Positions 28,338-38,205 of a stretch of DNA of 43,014 bases are shown one piece after another (the first letter of the stretch is position 1; each line of letters opens with the position of its first letter). The stretch spans positions 1 through 43,014 of the forward strand of contig PNNR01000051.1 in assembly GCA_013824375.1 (NCBI GenBank), written 5' to 3'. The notes under the pieces were generated by a model. That model saw nothing but the letters and a program-made list of their open reading frames with translations. It was not told the DNA's origin and ran no database searches. The stretch is from Clostridiales bacterium (lineage in GTDB: Bacteria; Bacillota; Clostridia; Christensenellales; CAG-138). The position numbers were made by a program, and so were the translations under genes.

Positions 28338-30044
28338 TTGCTCAAAGAGTTAACTATCCATAATGTGGCGCTGATCGACCAACAGGCGATTACGTTCTTC
28401 GGTGGGTTTTCCGTGTTGACGGGTGAAACCGGCGCAGGAAAATCCATTATTATTGAAGCGCTCAATTTTGTACTGGGTGAACGCGCAAGCCGCGAACTTG
28501 TCAAATCCGGCGAAGAGAAGGCGAGCGTCGAAGCGACGTTTGTGCTTCAGGCAGGAGAGCCTGTTTTTGAGGTGCTTGCCGAGCAGGGCATCGACTGCGA
28601 GGAGAACGAGCTGACTCTCTATCGTGAGTTTTCGCTCAGCGGGAAAAACGTCTGTCGCGCAAACGGCACGCTTATCAACGCGAGTGTACTAAAGCTCGTC
28701 GGCGATGTGCTGGTAGATATTCACGGACAACATGCGCACCAATCATTGCTAGACGAAAAAAGACACATCAACCTGCTGGATCGGTTTGCGGGAAAGGATG
28801 CACTGGAAGTTAAAACGCGCGTGCAGGAAGTATATTTAAAAGCTATAGAAGCAAGAAGACTGCTGCACGCCGCGCAGTTCAACGAACAGGAACGCGCGAG
28901 ACGGGTCGACTTATTGACCTACCAAATTAAAGAAATCGACGCGGCAAATCTCGCCGTCGGAGAAGAAGAACAGCTTGAGGAACAGCGTGGGCTGCTGCAA
29001 AACGCGCAGGCCGTGATGGAAGGGCTGGAGGGCGCGAACGCAGCTCTAAGCGGAGATGAATTGGAAAACGGTGGTACGCTGGCATCGTTTAGCATCGCGC
29101 TTCATATGCTAGACGGCATCGCGCGGCTCAGTGTTGACTATCAGCAGCTCTCGGAAAAACTTCATGCGCTATACTATGATCTCGAAGACGCAAGCTACAC
29201 ACTCCGGGACTATCGAACTGATTTTTCGTTTGAACCCGGCATGCTGGATGAAATTGAGTCGCGTCTGGAACTGATCTGCACACTTAAGCGCAAATATGGC
29301 GCAGACATCAAGGAGATACTTGCCTACCGTGAAAAGAGCGCGGAAGAATTGGACCTCATCGACAACGCGGAAGAACGCAGAGAGCAGCTCGCGGCAGAGT
29401 ATTCCGCGGCGAAAACGGAATATGACGAGCTGAGCGCGGAGATGTCTCTTTTACGCAAACAGGCTGCGGAGCGTTTGAGTGCACACCTATTGCCGGAGCT
29501 AAGCGATCTCGGGATGCCGCACGCGGCGTTTTCTGCAAAATTTGAAGTGCTAACTGGTGAAATCCCTTCCGCAATCGGCATGGACAGTGTGGAGTTTTTG
29601 CTCTCAACCAACCGTGGAGAACCAGTCAAACCTCTTAGCAAAGTCGCGTCAGGCGGCGAGTTATCGCGCATCATGCTATCGTTTAAGAGTATTCTTGCGG
29701 ATATTGACGGTATTCCAACGATGGTGTTCGACGAGATCGACAGCGGAATCAGCGGGCAGATCGGCACAGCGGTCGCAGTCAAGATGCGTCAGATCGCGAA
29801 GAACCATCAGGTACTCTGCATTACGCACCTGCCACAGATCGCGGCTTATGCGAATCAACAATATCTCGTATACAAAGTGGAAACCGGGGAGCATACGCGC
29901 TCTAACGCCGTGAAACTCACCGAAGAGCAGCGTGCTCGTGAAATTGCTCGCATCATGGGCAGCGGGGAAGACGATGCTGTTGCGCTTGTACATGCACAGC
30001 AACTCATAGACGCTGCGGAGTCGGCGATGAAGCGCATATTTTAG
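28338..30044 (+). CDS. recN: DNA repair protein RecN
   Basis: GETGAGKS, VASGGELSR, FDEIDSG, ITHLPQIA; TTG start after AGGAGG. Confidence 0.97.
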   Translation: MLKELTIHNVALIDQQAITFFGGFSVLTGETGAGKSIIIEALNFVLGERASRELVKSGEEKASVEATFVLQAGEPVFEVLAEQGIDCEENELTLYREFSLSGKNVCRANGTLINASVLKLVGDVLVDIHGQHAHQSLLDEKRHINLLDRFAGKDALEVKTRVQEVYLKAIEARRLLHAAQFNEQERARRVDLLTYQIKEIDAANLAVGEEEQLEEQRGLLQNAQAVMEGLEGANAALSGDELENGGTLASFSIALHMLDGIARLSVDYQQLSEKLHALYYDLEDASYTLRDYRTDFSFEPGMLDEIESRLELICTLKRKYGADIKEILAYREKSAEELDLIDNAEERREQLAAEYSAAKTEYDELSAEMSLLRKQAAERLSAHLLPELSDLGMPHAAFSAKFEVLTGEIPSAIGMDSVEFLLSTNRGEPVKPLSKVASGGELSRIMLSFKSILADIDGIPTMVFDEIDSGISGQIGTAVAVKMRQIAKNHQVLCITHLPQIAAYANQQYLVYKVETGEHTRSNAVKLTEEQRAREIARIMGSGEDDAVALVHAQQLIDAAESAMKRIF

Positions 30045-30278
30045 CAGAATAACGGTATCATTTGTCGAAGTTGTCACTGAAACAGCGGTGAAATTGTTTT
30101 AATTAATAGAATCATCGCGAAGAAAAGGGTTATTTTGGCATATCGGCGGAGATTTCGGCGCCTGTTCGTTTTGACGGTTGAAATACTGTCTTACCGCGAG
30201 CCGAAGACATGTCGGAGCAATAATACCCATCAATGACTGAAACGATGATTACTTGAAGCACTTGACATTGGAGAATAC

Positions 30279-31037
30279 ATGAAAAAGAACCTGTTGATCG
30301 CAAGCAACAACGTCTTGGACGCAAGAGGAATTGAAGCCGGGTTTCAATCGCTGAATGAGATCCGTCTCCTTCCAAGCGTTTTCACGGGAAGGGAAGCGAT
30401 CGAAACCATATTGGCGCGTGATGTAAATATACTGATTCTTGATTTGTTTCTAAATGACCTAGATGGCATCAGTGTGCTGGATTTCATCGGTAAGCTTGGT
30501 GAAGACAGACGCCCGCTTGTATTTGTGACTACCGCTCTGGCAGACGATCGTCTGCTTCATATCATAAAAGACCGCGTAATCTATTGTTTCACCAAGCCGC
30601 TGAAATATGATCTCGTACAGCTTCGCGTGCTGGAGTTTATGCGCCTCTATGAGCGCGAAACAGAAAAGGCGGACGAAGTTGTGGACATCCTCGAAAGCCA
30701 GATCGCGGCGGGCATACGAGCAATCGGCGTACCCGCACATCTGAAAGGTTATTACTATCTGCGGGATGCGATTCGCATCTACGCCATGAGCGAATCACCC
30801 GTGGATTTGAGCATCACCAACGACATCTATCCGACCGTTGCAAAGATCTACAACACGCGCCCTCCGCTTGTTGAACACGCGGTGCGAAACGCGATCGAAA
30901 TCGCATGGACGCGCGGCAACTCGGATACGATCCGTGAGTATTTCGGTTATACGGCCAACGACTACAAAGGAAAACCCAGCAATTTGGAATTTGTCGCTAT
31001 GATGGCACAACGCGCACTGACCTATTTGAAACGGTAA
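30279..31037 (+). CDS. spo0A: Spo0A-like response regulator (divergent)
   Basis: Receiver domain plus Spo0A C-terminal GVPAHLKGYYYLRDAI...AIEIAWTRGN...KPSNLEF; follows recN. Confidence 0.85.
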   Translation: MKKNLLIASNNVLDARGIEAGFQSLNEIRLLPSVFTGREAIETILARDVNILILDLFLNDLDGISVLDFIGKLGEDRRPLVFVTTALADDRLLHIIKDRVIYCFTKPLKYDLVQLRVLEFMRLYERETEKADEVVDILESQIAAGIRAIGVPAHLKGYYYLRDAIRIYAMSESPVDLSITNDIYPTVAKIYNTRPPLVEHAVRNAIEIAWTRGNSDTIREYFGYTANDYKGKPSNLEFVAMMAQRALTYLKR

Positions 31038-31134
31038 ATAGAAATCATTTTGCCGCGCTGAAAGCATGGCTTTTTTTTGCCCATTATTTGAAGCAGTGAA
31101 TCAAAAGGCATAGTGACGGGGTCACGCTGCTTCA

Positions 31135-31163
31135 TTGACGCAGAATGAAAAACGGGCTAAACT
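31135..31163 (+). promoter_or_regulatory. sigma-A-type promoter of deoB-punA
   Basis: TTGACG-17 bp-TAAACT. Confidence 0.55.
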
Positions 31164-31242
31164 AGAATAAAGGTGACTAAAATCATCAAGATCAATCAAA
31201 GCAAAACTCAGAACATACAGCTTTCATCGACAAGGAGAAAAA

Positions 31243-32439
31243 ATGGATACGAGAAAAATAAATCATAAACGTGCGATCGTCATTGTGCTTGACAGTGTCG
31301 GCATAGGAGAACAGCCGGACGCTGCGGAGTTTGGCGACGCCGGTTCCCATACACTCGGAAATATCCGCAAAGTGCGCGGAAAACTCGATATGCCACACAC
31401 GACGGCACTGGGACTTGCCGCCATCGAAAACAGCAGGCTGGATTCGCTCGGTCTCACGCCCAAAGGCGCATACGGTAAACTTGCCGAGTTGACCAAGGCG
31501 AAGGATACGACCTGCGGACATTGGGAAATGGCGGGACTGCCGCTCAAGCAGGCATTCAAAACCTATCCCAACGGTTTCCCCGAAGATTTTTTGCGCGCAT
31601 TTGAAGCAAAGATCGGACGTGGCACCATTGGTAATGAAGTTGCCAGCGGAACGGAGATCATTTCCCGCCTGGGTGATGAACATGTGAAGACCGGCAAACC
31701 CATCGTCTACACGTCCGCCGACAGCGTGTTCCAGATCGCGGCGCACGAGGGTGTGATTCCGCTGGCGGAGCAATACCGCATCTGCGAGATCGCGCGCGAA
31801 CTGCTCAACGACGACAATTTCCTCGTCGGCCGCGTGATCGCGCGCCCGTTTGAGGGAACCAGCGGCGCATATAAGCGCACCGAAAACCGCAAAGATTACG
31901 CGGTGGAGCCGTTTACGGACACCGTACTCGACGCACTGGTCAAGCATGGCAAAGACGTCGTCGGCGTCGGCAAAATCGAAGATATCTTCTGTCACCGCGG
32001 CGTGACGACGGTCGACCACACAAAGAACAACCACGCGGGTATCGAGGCGACCATTCGGTTCCTCGAAGAGGGAAAGGGTGACTTCATCTTCACCAACCTG
32101 GTCGATTTTGATATGCTCTACGGACACCGCAACGACGTGGAAGGCTATGCCTCCGCGCTGGAATATTTTGACGCAGCGCTCCCGCGCATCATGAGCGCGA
32201 TGGCGGAGGATGATATTCTCATGATCACCGCCGACCACGGCTGCGATCCGACGACAGACAGCACGGATCATTCTCGTGAATATATCCCGCTCGTCGTCGG
32301 CGGCAAACACGTGAAAGCCAACGTCAACCTCGGCACGCGAAATACGTTTGCCGATATTGGCGCTACGGTGTTGGATTATCTAACTGGCGAGAAGTGGAAC
32401 GCCGGCACATCTTTCCTTGGCGAAATTTATGAGGCATAA
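31243..32439 (+). CDS. deoB: phosphopentomutase
   Basis: VLDSVGIG, KDTTCGHWE, YTSADSVFQIAAHE, DFDMLYGHR, TADHGCDP, DHSRE. Confidence 0.97.
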   Translation: MDTRKINHKRAIVIVLDSVGIGEQPDAAEFGDAGSHTLGNIRKVRGKLDMPHTTALGLAAIENSRLDSLGLTPKGAYGKLAELTKAKDTTCGHWEMAGLPLKQAFKTYPNGFPEDFLRAFEAKIGRGTIGNEVASGTEIISRLGDEHVKTGKPIVYTSADSVFQIAAHEGVIPLAEQYRICEIARELLNDDNFLVGRVIARPFEGTSGAYKRTENRKDYAVEPFTDTVLDALVKHGKDVVGVGKIEDIFCHRGVTTVDHTKNNHAGIEATIRFLEEGKGDFIFTNLVDFDMLYGHRNDVEGYASALEYFDAALPRIMSAMAEDDILMITADHGCDPTTDSTDHSREYIPLVVGGKHVKANVNLGTRNTFADIGATVLDYLTGEKWNAGTSFLGEIYEA

Positions 32440-32442
32440 CGC

Positions 32443-33258
32443 ATGAACGACGTAATCAAGAACGCTGTAGACATTCTTTCCCCGCTCTGCGGCGGAAATT
32501 GCAAGATCGGTTTGATACTCGGTTCCGGGCTCGGCGGCTATGCGGAAAAGATTGAGAACAAACGATTTGTGAATTACAACGAACTGCCCGGATTTCCGCA
32601 ATCCCGCGTGGAAGGACACAAAGGCAGATTCGTCATCGGCGAATTATTCGGCAAAACAGTGATCTGCATGCAAGGTAGGTTTCATTATTATGAAGGCTAT
32701 TCACAGTCTCAGATCGCGCTTCCGGTCCGGGTGATGAAGCGGCTCGGCGTAGAGAAAATTCTGCTCACAAACGCTGCCGGCGGTGTGAACCCCGATTTTT
32801 CGCCGGGAGACTTGATGTTGATTTCCGACCACATCAACTTCTCCGGTTCGCATCCACTGATCGGGGAAAACGATGAGAGTTTCGGCCCGCGCTTTCCGGA
32901 TCAAAGCAACGTGTACGATCGCGACTTACGAGCGGGCATACGAGAAGCGGCAAAAGTGGCGGGGGTAAAGTTGCAGGAAGGTGTATACATGATGTTCTCC
33001 GGTCCAACATTCGAGACACCCGCGGAAATCGTCTTTGCGCGCACCGTAGGCGCGTCCGCGGTCGGTATGTCCACCGTGCCGGAAGCGATTGCCGCCGCGC
33101 ATTGCGGAATTAAAACCATCGGCATTTCGCTGATTACGAACATGGCGGCGGGGATACTCGATCAGACACTGAGCCACGACGAGGTGCAGGAAACGGCCGC
33201 AACATCCTCCGTAAAGTTCATGAAACTAGTCGATCAGATCATAAAAACAGTATTGTAA
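32443..33258 (+). CDS. punA: purine-nucleoside phosphorylase (trimeric type)
   Basis: LILGSGLG, QGRFHYYEG, TNAAGG, GPTFETPAE, VGMSTVPE. Confidence 0.95.
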   Translation: MNDVIKNAVDILSPLCGGNCKIGLILGSGLGGYAEKIENKRFVNYNELPGFPQSRVEGHKGRFVIGELFGKTVICMQGRFHYYEGYSQSQIALPVRVMKRLGVEKILLTNAAGGVNPDFSPGDLMLISDHINFSGSHPLIGENDESFGPRFPDQSNVYDRDLRAGIREAAKVAGVKLQEGVYMMFSGPTFETPAEIVFARTVGASAVGMSTVPEAIAAAHCGIKTIGISLITNMAAGILDQTLSHDEVQETAATSSVKFMKLVDQIIKTVL

Positions 33259-33274
33259 AAAAGATTCCGCAACG

Positions 33275-33305
33275 CACCCGCGCATTTCACTGCGCGGGTG
33301 TTTTT
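33275..33305 (+). terminator. intrinsic terminator
   Basis: CACCCGCGCA / TGCGCGGGTG then TTTTT. Confidence 0.85.
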
Positions 33306-33435
33306 CGTTGGAAAGTCGTTTAATTGTGGTCGTTATTTGACGAATTTCTATATATAGGTGAAACTTGACCGAATCGCTTGCACACGCAACCATCTAAGGC
33401 TTATAATGAAAAAAAGCACAAGGAGGGCCACGGCT

Positions 33436-33846
33436 TTGATTGGAGTCATCTTCGGCGAAAAGGGCACAGGAAAGACAAAGCAGATTCTCGAAATGGCAAA
33501 CAAGTCTGTCCTGACGGCAAAAGGCAACACAATCTTCATTGACAACGACACAAGTTATATCTTTGACCTCTCCAGAAAAGCTCGCTTCATTAACGCAACG
33601 GAATATGGCATTCAAACCCCGAAAATGCTTTATGGTTTCCTTTGCGGTCTTGCGGCGAGCGATTTTGATTTAGAGACCGTCTATATCGACGGGCTTCTGA
33701 ACATCATCGGCCACGAACTCGACTCTCTCGAGGGGCTTTTCGACGATCTGAAAAAGTTTGCCGAAAAAAACAACCTCAGCGTGATTATGAGCATAACCGG
33801 CAGCAAAGAAACCGTCCCTTCGTATATGAAGGAGTATGTGCTGTAA
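33436..33846 (+). CDS. small P-loop NTPase-like protein of unknown function
   Basis: GEKGTGKT Walker A, VYIDG Walker-B-like; TTG 33436 after AGGAGG; TTGCAC-18-TATAAT upstream. Confidence 0.8.
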   Translation: MIGVIFGEKGTGKTKQILEMANKSVLTAKGNTIFIDNDTSYIFDLSRKARFINATEYGIQTPKMLYGFLCGLAASDFDLETVYIDGLLNIIGHELDSLEGLFDDLKKFAEKNNLSVIMSITGSKETVPSYMKEYVL

Positions 33847-33978
33847 GCAACGAGACCGTTCAATTTACATAGCGGTAAAACCGTTTTTTACACTCGTCTT
33901 TTTTGAAGGCTACGGCAGGAAAGCTGCGATCTACATAAAGCAAACAGAATACTCAGCAGAAAAGGAACCGGAAACACC

Positions 33979-35454
33979 ATGCGTTACCTGAGCACGCGAG
34001 GCGGTGAGCCAGTAATCGCTGCGGAAGCGATTGTTCGCGGCATCAGCCCCTCCGGCGGACTGTATGTACCCGAGTCGTATCCCACAATTGATTGGAACAA
34101 CGGCGTGCGCGGCGGCTATCTAGCAACCGCGCACCGCGTCATGCAGGCGTATCTGCCCGAGACCGACTCCACCGATCTTTCGCGTATGATCGCCGCGGCT
34201 TACGGTAGTTTTGACCACGCGGACGTCACACCTGTTGTCAAACTCACGGAACGCGAGCACGTATTGGAACTCTGGCACGGGCCGACGATGGCGTTTAAAG
34301 ACGTCGCGCTCCAGATACTGCCGCATCTGATGCGCAGTTCATTGCGTCAGACAGGTGAGACGAAGCAAGTCTATATTCTTGTCGCCACATCCGGCGATAC
34401 GGGCAAGGCAGCGCTCGAAGGTTTTCGGGATGTCGAAGGTACGCGCGTGTTGGTGTTCTATCCGCACGGCGGCGTCAGCGAGGCGCAGCGCCTCCAGATG
34501 GTCACACAGGAAGGCGAAAACGTCGATGTCTGCGCCGTCTACGGCAACTTTGACGACGCGCAGACGGGCGTGAAGCAAATATTCGCCAACGCTGAGATTG
34601 CGCAGCAGATTGACGAAAAGGGTTGGCGGCTTTCCAGCGCGAACTCGATCAACTTCGGCAGGCTTCTGCCGCAGATCGTGTACTATTTCACGAGCTACCA
34701 GACGCTTGTTGCGCGCGGAGAGATCCAGCCGGGCGAAAAGGTCAACTTCTGCGTGCCGACAGGCAACTTCGGCGATATCCTCGCGGGTGAATATGCGCGC
34801 AGGATGGGGTTGCCTGTGCACAAACTCATCTGCGCTTCCAATCGCAACAACGTACTGACGGACTTCTTCGAGAGCGGTGTCTACGACGAAAACCGCCCGT
34901 TCTATCAGAGCATGAGCTGCTCGATCGATATCCTGATTTCCTCCAACCTCGAACGCCTGCTCTTCGAGCTCGCGAACCGGGACGACGCGCTGGTGCGCGA
35001 ATGGATGCAGGGGTTGAAAGAGAAGGGCATGTATGCCCTGCCGCAGCGTGCGCTGGACGAGCTGAAGCAGACGTTCTCCGCGGGCTGGTGCACGGAAGAG
35101 GACACGCTGGAGACGATCAAGCGCGTTTTTGACGAGACGGGCTACCTCATGGATCCGCATACGGCGGTTGCGCAGTGCGTCTATGAACGCTATGCGGAAA
35201 AGACTGGGGACACGACTAGGACGGTGCTGCTCTCTACCGCGAATCCGTATAAGTTCGCAAGCGACGTGCTTGGCGCGTTTGAACAGGCGGGCGAGGATGA
35301 TTTTGTGAATGCGGATCGGCTCAACGCGCTGACAAACGCTCCGATTCCCAGAGGCATGAGCGAGCTTCTTGGCAAGCCGGAACGTCATCATGATGTTTGC
35401 ACGCTTGAAGACATGCCAAATCGAGTGTTAGGTCCGATTCTCAACGGGAAGTAA
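33979..35454 (+). CDS. thrC: threonine synthase
   Basis: YLSTRG, LELWHGPTMAFKD (PLP lysine), ATSGDTG, SANSINFGRL, VPTGNFGD. Confidence 0.96.
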   Translation: MRYLSTRGGEPVIAAEAIVRGISPSGGLYVPESYPTIDWNNGVRGGYLATAHRVMQAYLPETDSTDLSRMIAAAYGSFDHADVTPVVKLTEREHVLELWHGPTMAFKDVALQILPHLMRSSLRQTGETKQVYILVATSGDTGKAALEGFRDVEGTRVLVFYPHGGVSEAQRLQMVTQEGENVDVCAVYGNFDDAQTGVKQIFANAEIAQQIDEKGWRLSSANSINFGRLLPQIVYYFTSYQTLVARGEIQPGEKVNFCVPTGNFGDILAGEYARRMGLPVHKLICASNRNNVLTDFFESGVYDENRPFYQSMSCSIDILISSNLERLLFELANRDDALVREWMQGLKEKGMYALPQRALDELKQTFSAGWCTEEDTLETIKRVFDETGYLMDPHTAVAQCVYERYAEKTGDTTRTVLLSTANPYKFASDVLGAFEQAGEDDFVNADRLNALTNAPIPRGMSELLGKPERHHDVCTLEDMPNRVLGPILNGK

Positions 35455-35507
35455 TGTTATTCAAGATGTTTCGACAGGGGATTGACTTTCATACAAAGAA
35501 AGAAGCG

Positions 35508-36735
35508 ATGATTACGAACTACAGGAAGCCTGATCTTTCAACCATCACCATCATACTCTGCTTAGTCATCGTCGTAGTGCTTTCGCTGTTCATGGTGTTC
35601 ACAACCGGGCAGCGCGAGAAGACGGACAAGCTTGATACCGGCGCGCTGCAGGAGCTTGCCGATACAATCCACTCGCAATATTTCTTCTATGAAGACAAAG
35701 AGCTAGATAGACAAGCTGCTGGATGCTGCGATGCGCGGCATGATCAGCAAGCTTGACGATCCTTATGCACAGTATTTCACAGAGGAAGAGTATCAGGAGC
35801 TATTGACCAATAACGCGGGTGATTATGTCGGCATCGGCATTACCATTCAGGCGCCGGACGATATGGGAGCTCTTGTACAGAACGTCTACAGCGGCGCTCC
35901 GGCAGATCAGGCGGGCATCCGCAAAGGCGATATCATCACGCAAGTCAATGGAAAGGCAACCGCTGGAAAGAGCCTTGACGAGGTAATCACGTATTTTTCG
36001 GACGATTCTGCCGTTCCCGATGAGCTTGTATATCTGCGTGATGGATCGTTGACGACGGTCAGTGTGCTGCGAGCGGAAATTCATATCATTCGCGTCAGTT
36101 CAAACGTGCTCAATGGAAGCATTGGTTATTTACGCATTACGGAATTCAATGGCAGTGTAGCGACAGATTTTTCCAATGCGGTTGCCGAATTCCAGGAGCA
36201 GGGTATTGAGAATATGATCGTCGACCTTCGAGATAATCCCGGCGGTGGGTTGAACGAAGTGCTCAACGTCGCGTATACGATGATCCCCGAAGACAAGGTC
36301 ATCGTGAGCATCCGTTCCAAGAACGGCGATGAGGATATCTACCGATCCGAGGGGGGAGAAAAGCTTACGATGCGCATCGTGGTACTTGTCAACGGCAATT
36401 CCGCATCGGCAAGCGAGCTTCTTGCCGGCGCGCTGCAGGATTATGATCTAGCAACCATCGTTGGCACGCAAACGTTCGGAAAAGGTATTGTGCAGAGTTA
36501 CTTCCACCTGAGCGGACAAAACGGTTGGGCAAAGATGACAACAGACGCATACTATACGCCGAACGGCGTGTGTATTCAAGGTATCGGAATCACGCCGGAT
36601 ATCGTGATCGACTTGCCGGAAGATCTGAAAAATTCGGCGATCGAATTGCTTGATCCGGCCAAGGATGCGCAACTTCAGGCAGCTATTAATGTGTTTTCTC
36701 AACAAGCATATTTTCCGAAGACTACCATTCGCTGA
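35508..36735 (+). CDS. S41 C-terminal processing protease (apparent frameshift near 35709)
   Basis: N-terminal TM ORF joins DKLLDAAMRGMISKLDDPY in another frame; PDZ domain, DLRDNPGG, SASASE, TFGKG. Confidence 0.88.
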
Positions 36736-36772
36736 AATACATCCATCTTATTCAATTTAAGGAGAAATCAAT

Positions 36773-38016
36773 ATGTTTCGAATTCGTGACATTTCCTTGG
36801 CAAAACAGGGCGAACAGAAGATAGAGTGGGTACGCCGCAATATGCCGATTTTAAACGGCATTCGCTCGACTTTTGAAAAGGATTTGCCGTTCAAGGGGTT
36901 AAAAGTTGCTCTTTCGATCCATTTGGAGGCGAAAACCGCCTATCTTTGCCGCGTGCTTGCGGCAGGCGGCGCAGAGATGTTCGTCACCGGCAGCAACCCG
37001 CTCTCTACGCAGGACGACATCGTTGCGGCGCTGGCTGCTGGCGGCATCAACGTCTTTGCCCTGCACGGCGCGACGAAGCAGGAGTACGAAGAGTGCATCG
37101 AGAGCGTTTTGATGGCGAACCGGACATCATCATCGACGATGGCGGCGATCTGGTACATGCGATACACACGAAATTTCCTCATTTAATCGGTAAGATTCTT
37201 GGCGGATGCGAAGAGACTACTACAGGCATTGTGCGTCTTGTCGCGATGGATAAGTCCAAAGAACTGCGCTTTCCGATGTTCGCGGTCAACAACGCGGACT
37301 GCAAGCATCTCTTCGACAATCGCTATGGTACGGGCCAGAGCGTCTTTGACAGCATCGACAGTACGACCAATCTCGTTATCGCGGGTAAAACTGTCGTTGT
37401 TGCGGGCTATGGATGGTGCGGCAAGGGCGTAGCAATGCGCGCAAAAGGTCTCGGCGCCGCCGTGATCGTCACGGAAGTCGATCCCATCAAAGCGATCGAG
37501 GCTGTCATGGACGGCTTTGCCGTGATGCCGATGATTGAGGCAGCTAAACTCGGCGACGTGTTTGTCACCGTAACGGGAGATATCAAGGTCATCGACGAAC
37601 CAGAGTTTATGGTTATGAAAGATGGAGCGATCCTGACCAACGCGGGCCACTTTGATGTGGAAGTCAACGTACACCGGCTTGCCGAGATCGCGATCGACAA
37701 ACAGGAGATGCGAAAGAACATCGTAGGCTTTGAGCTGCCGAACGGCCGTTGGCTGAACGTGATCGGCGAAGGCCGACTGGTCAATCTTGCTGCGGGCGAC
37801 GGACATCCTGCTGAGATCATGGACATGAGCTTCGGAATTCAGGCGCTCTGCGCGCGCTATGTCGCGGATCAACGCGGACAGCTCGAACCGAAACTCTACG
37901 CGGTTCCGCAGGAGATCGATCGAGAAGTAGCGATGCGCAAACTCACAGCGCTCGGCGTAAAAATCGACACGCTCACGAATGAGCAGGAAGCGTATCTGGC
38001 GAGCTGGAATGTCTGA
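36773..38016 (+). CDS. ahcY: adenosylhomocysteinase (apparent frameshift near 37106-37121)
   Basis: HLEAKTA and SNPLSTQD in ORF 36773; IIDDGGD, EETTTG, KHLFDNRYGT, GYGWCGKG, EGRLVNL in the next frame. Confidence 0.93.
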
Positions 38017-38205
38017 TCGATACGCCGAAAGAGCCCAAATTTGTGGTTTACAAGGCGTTTTGAAGCTGTTAAAATAATATGTGGCGCGATATTTTTCCCG
38101 GACGCTGCAAATCAAAACTTCTCCTGATTCTTGGAACTGCATCCGTACCAAGCGGATTCGAAATAAGCGTATTATACGCTCAAATCATCTACAGGGGGAA
38201 CCGAA

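Noticed and set aside
31089-31134. TGAAGCAG/CTGCTTCA inverted repeat before the deoB promoter as a purine riboswitch
   Set aside because: It lies upstream of the predicted -35 and lacks the purine aptamer core
23240-37125. Programmed ribosomal frameshifting in ispA, the S41 protease or ahcY
   Set aside because: No slippery sequences or stimulatory structures seen; three unrelated genes with small indels fit sequencing error better
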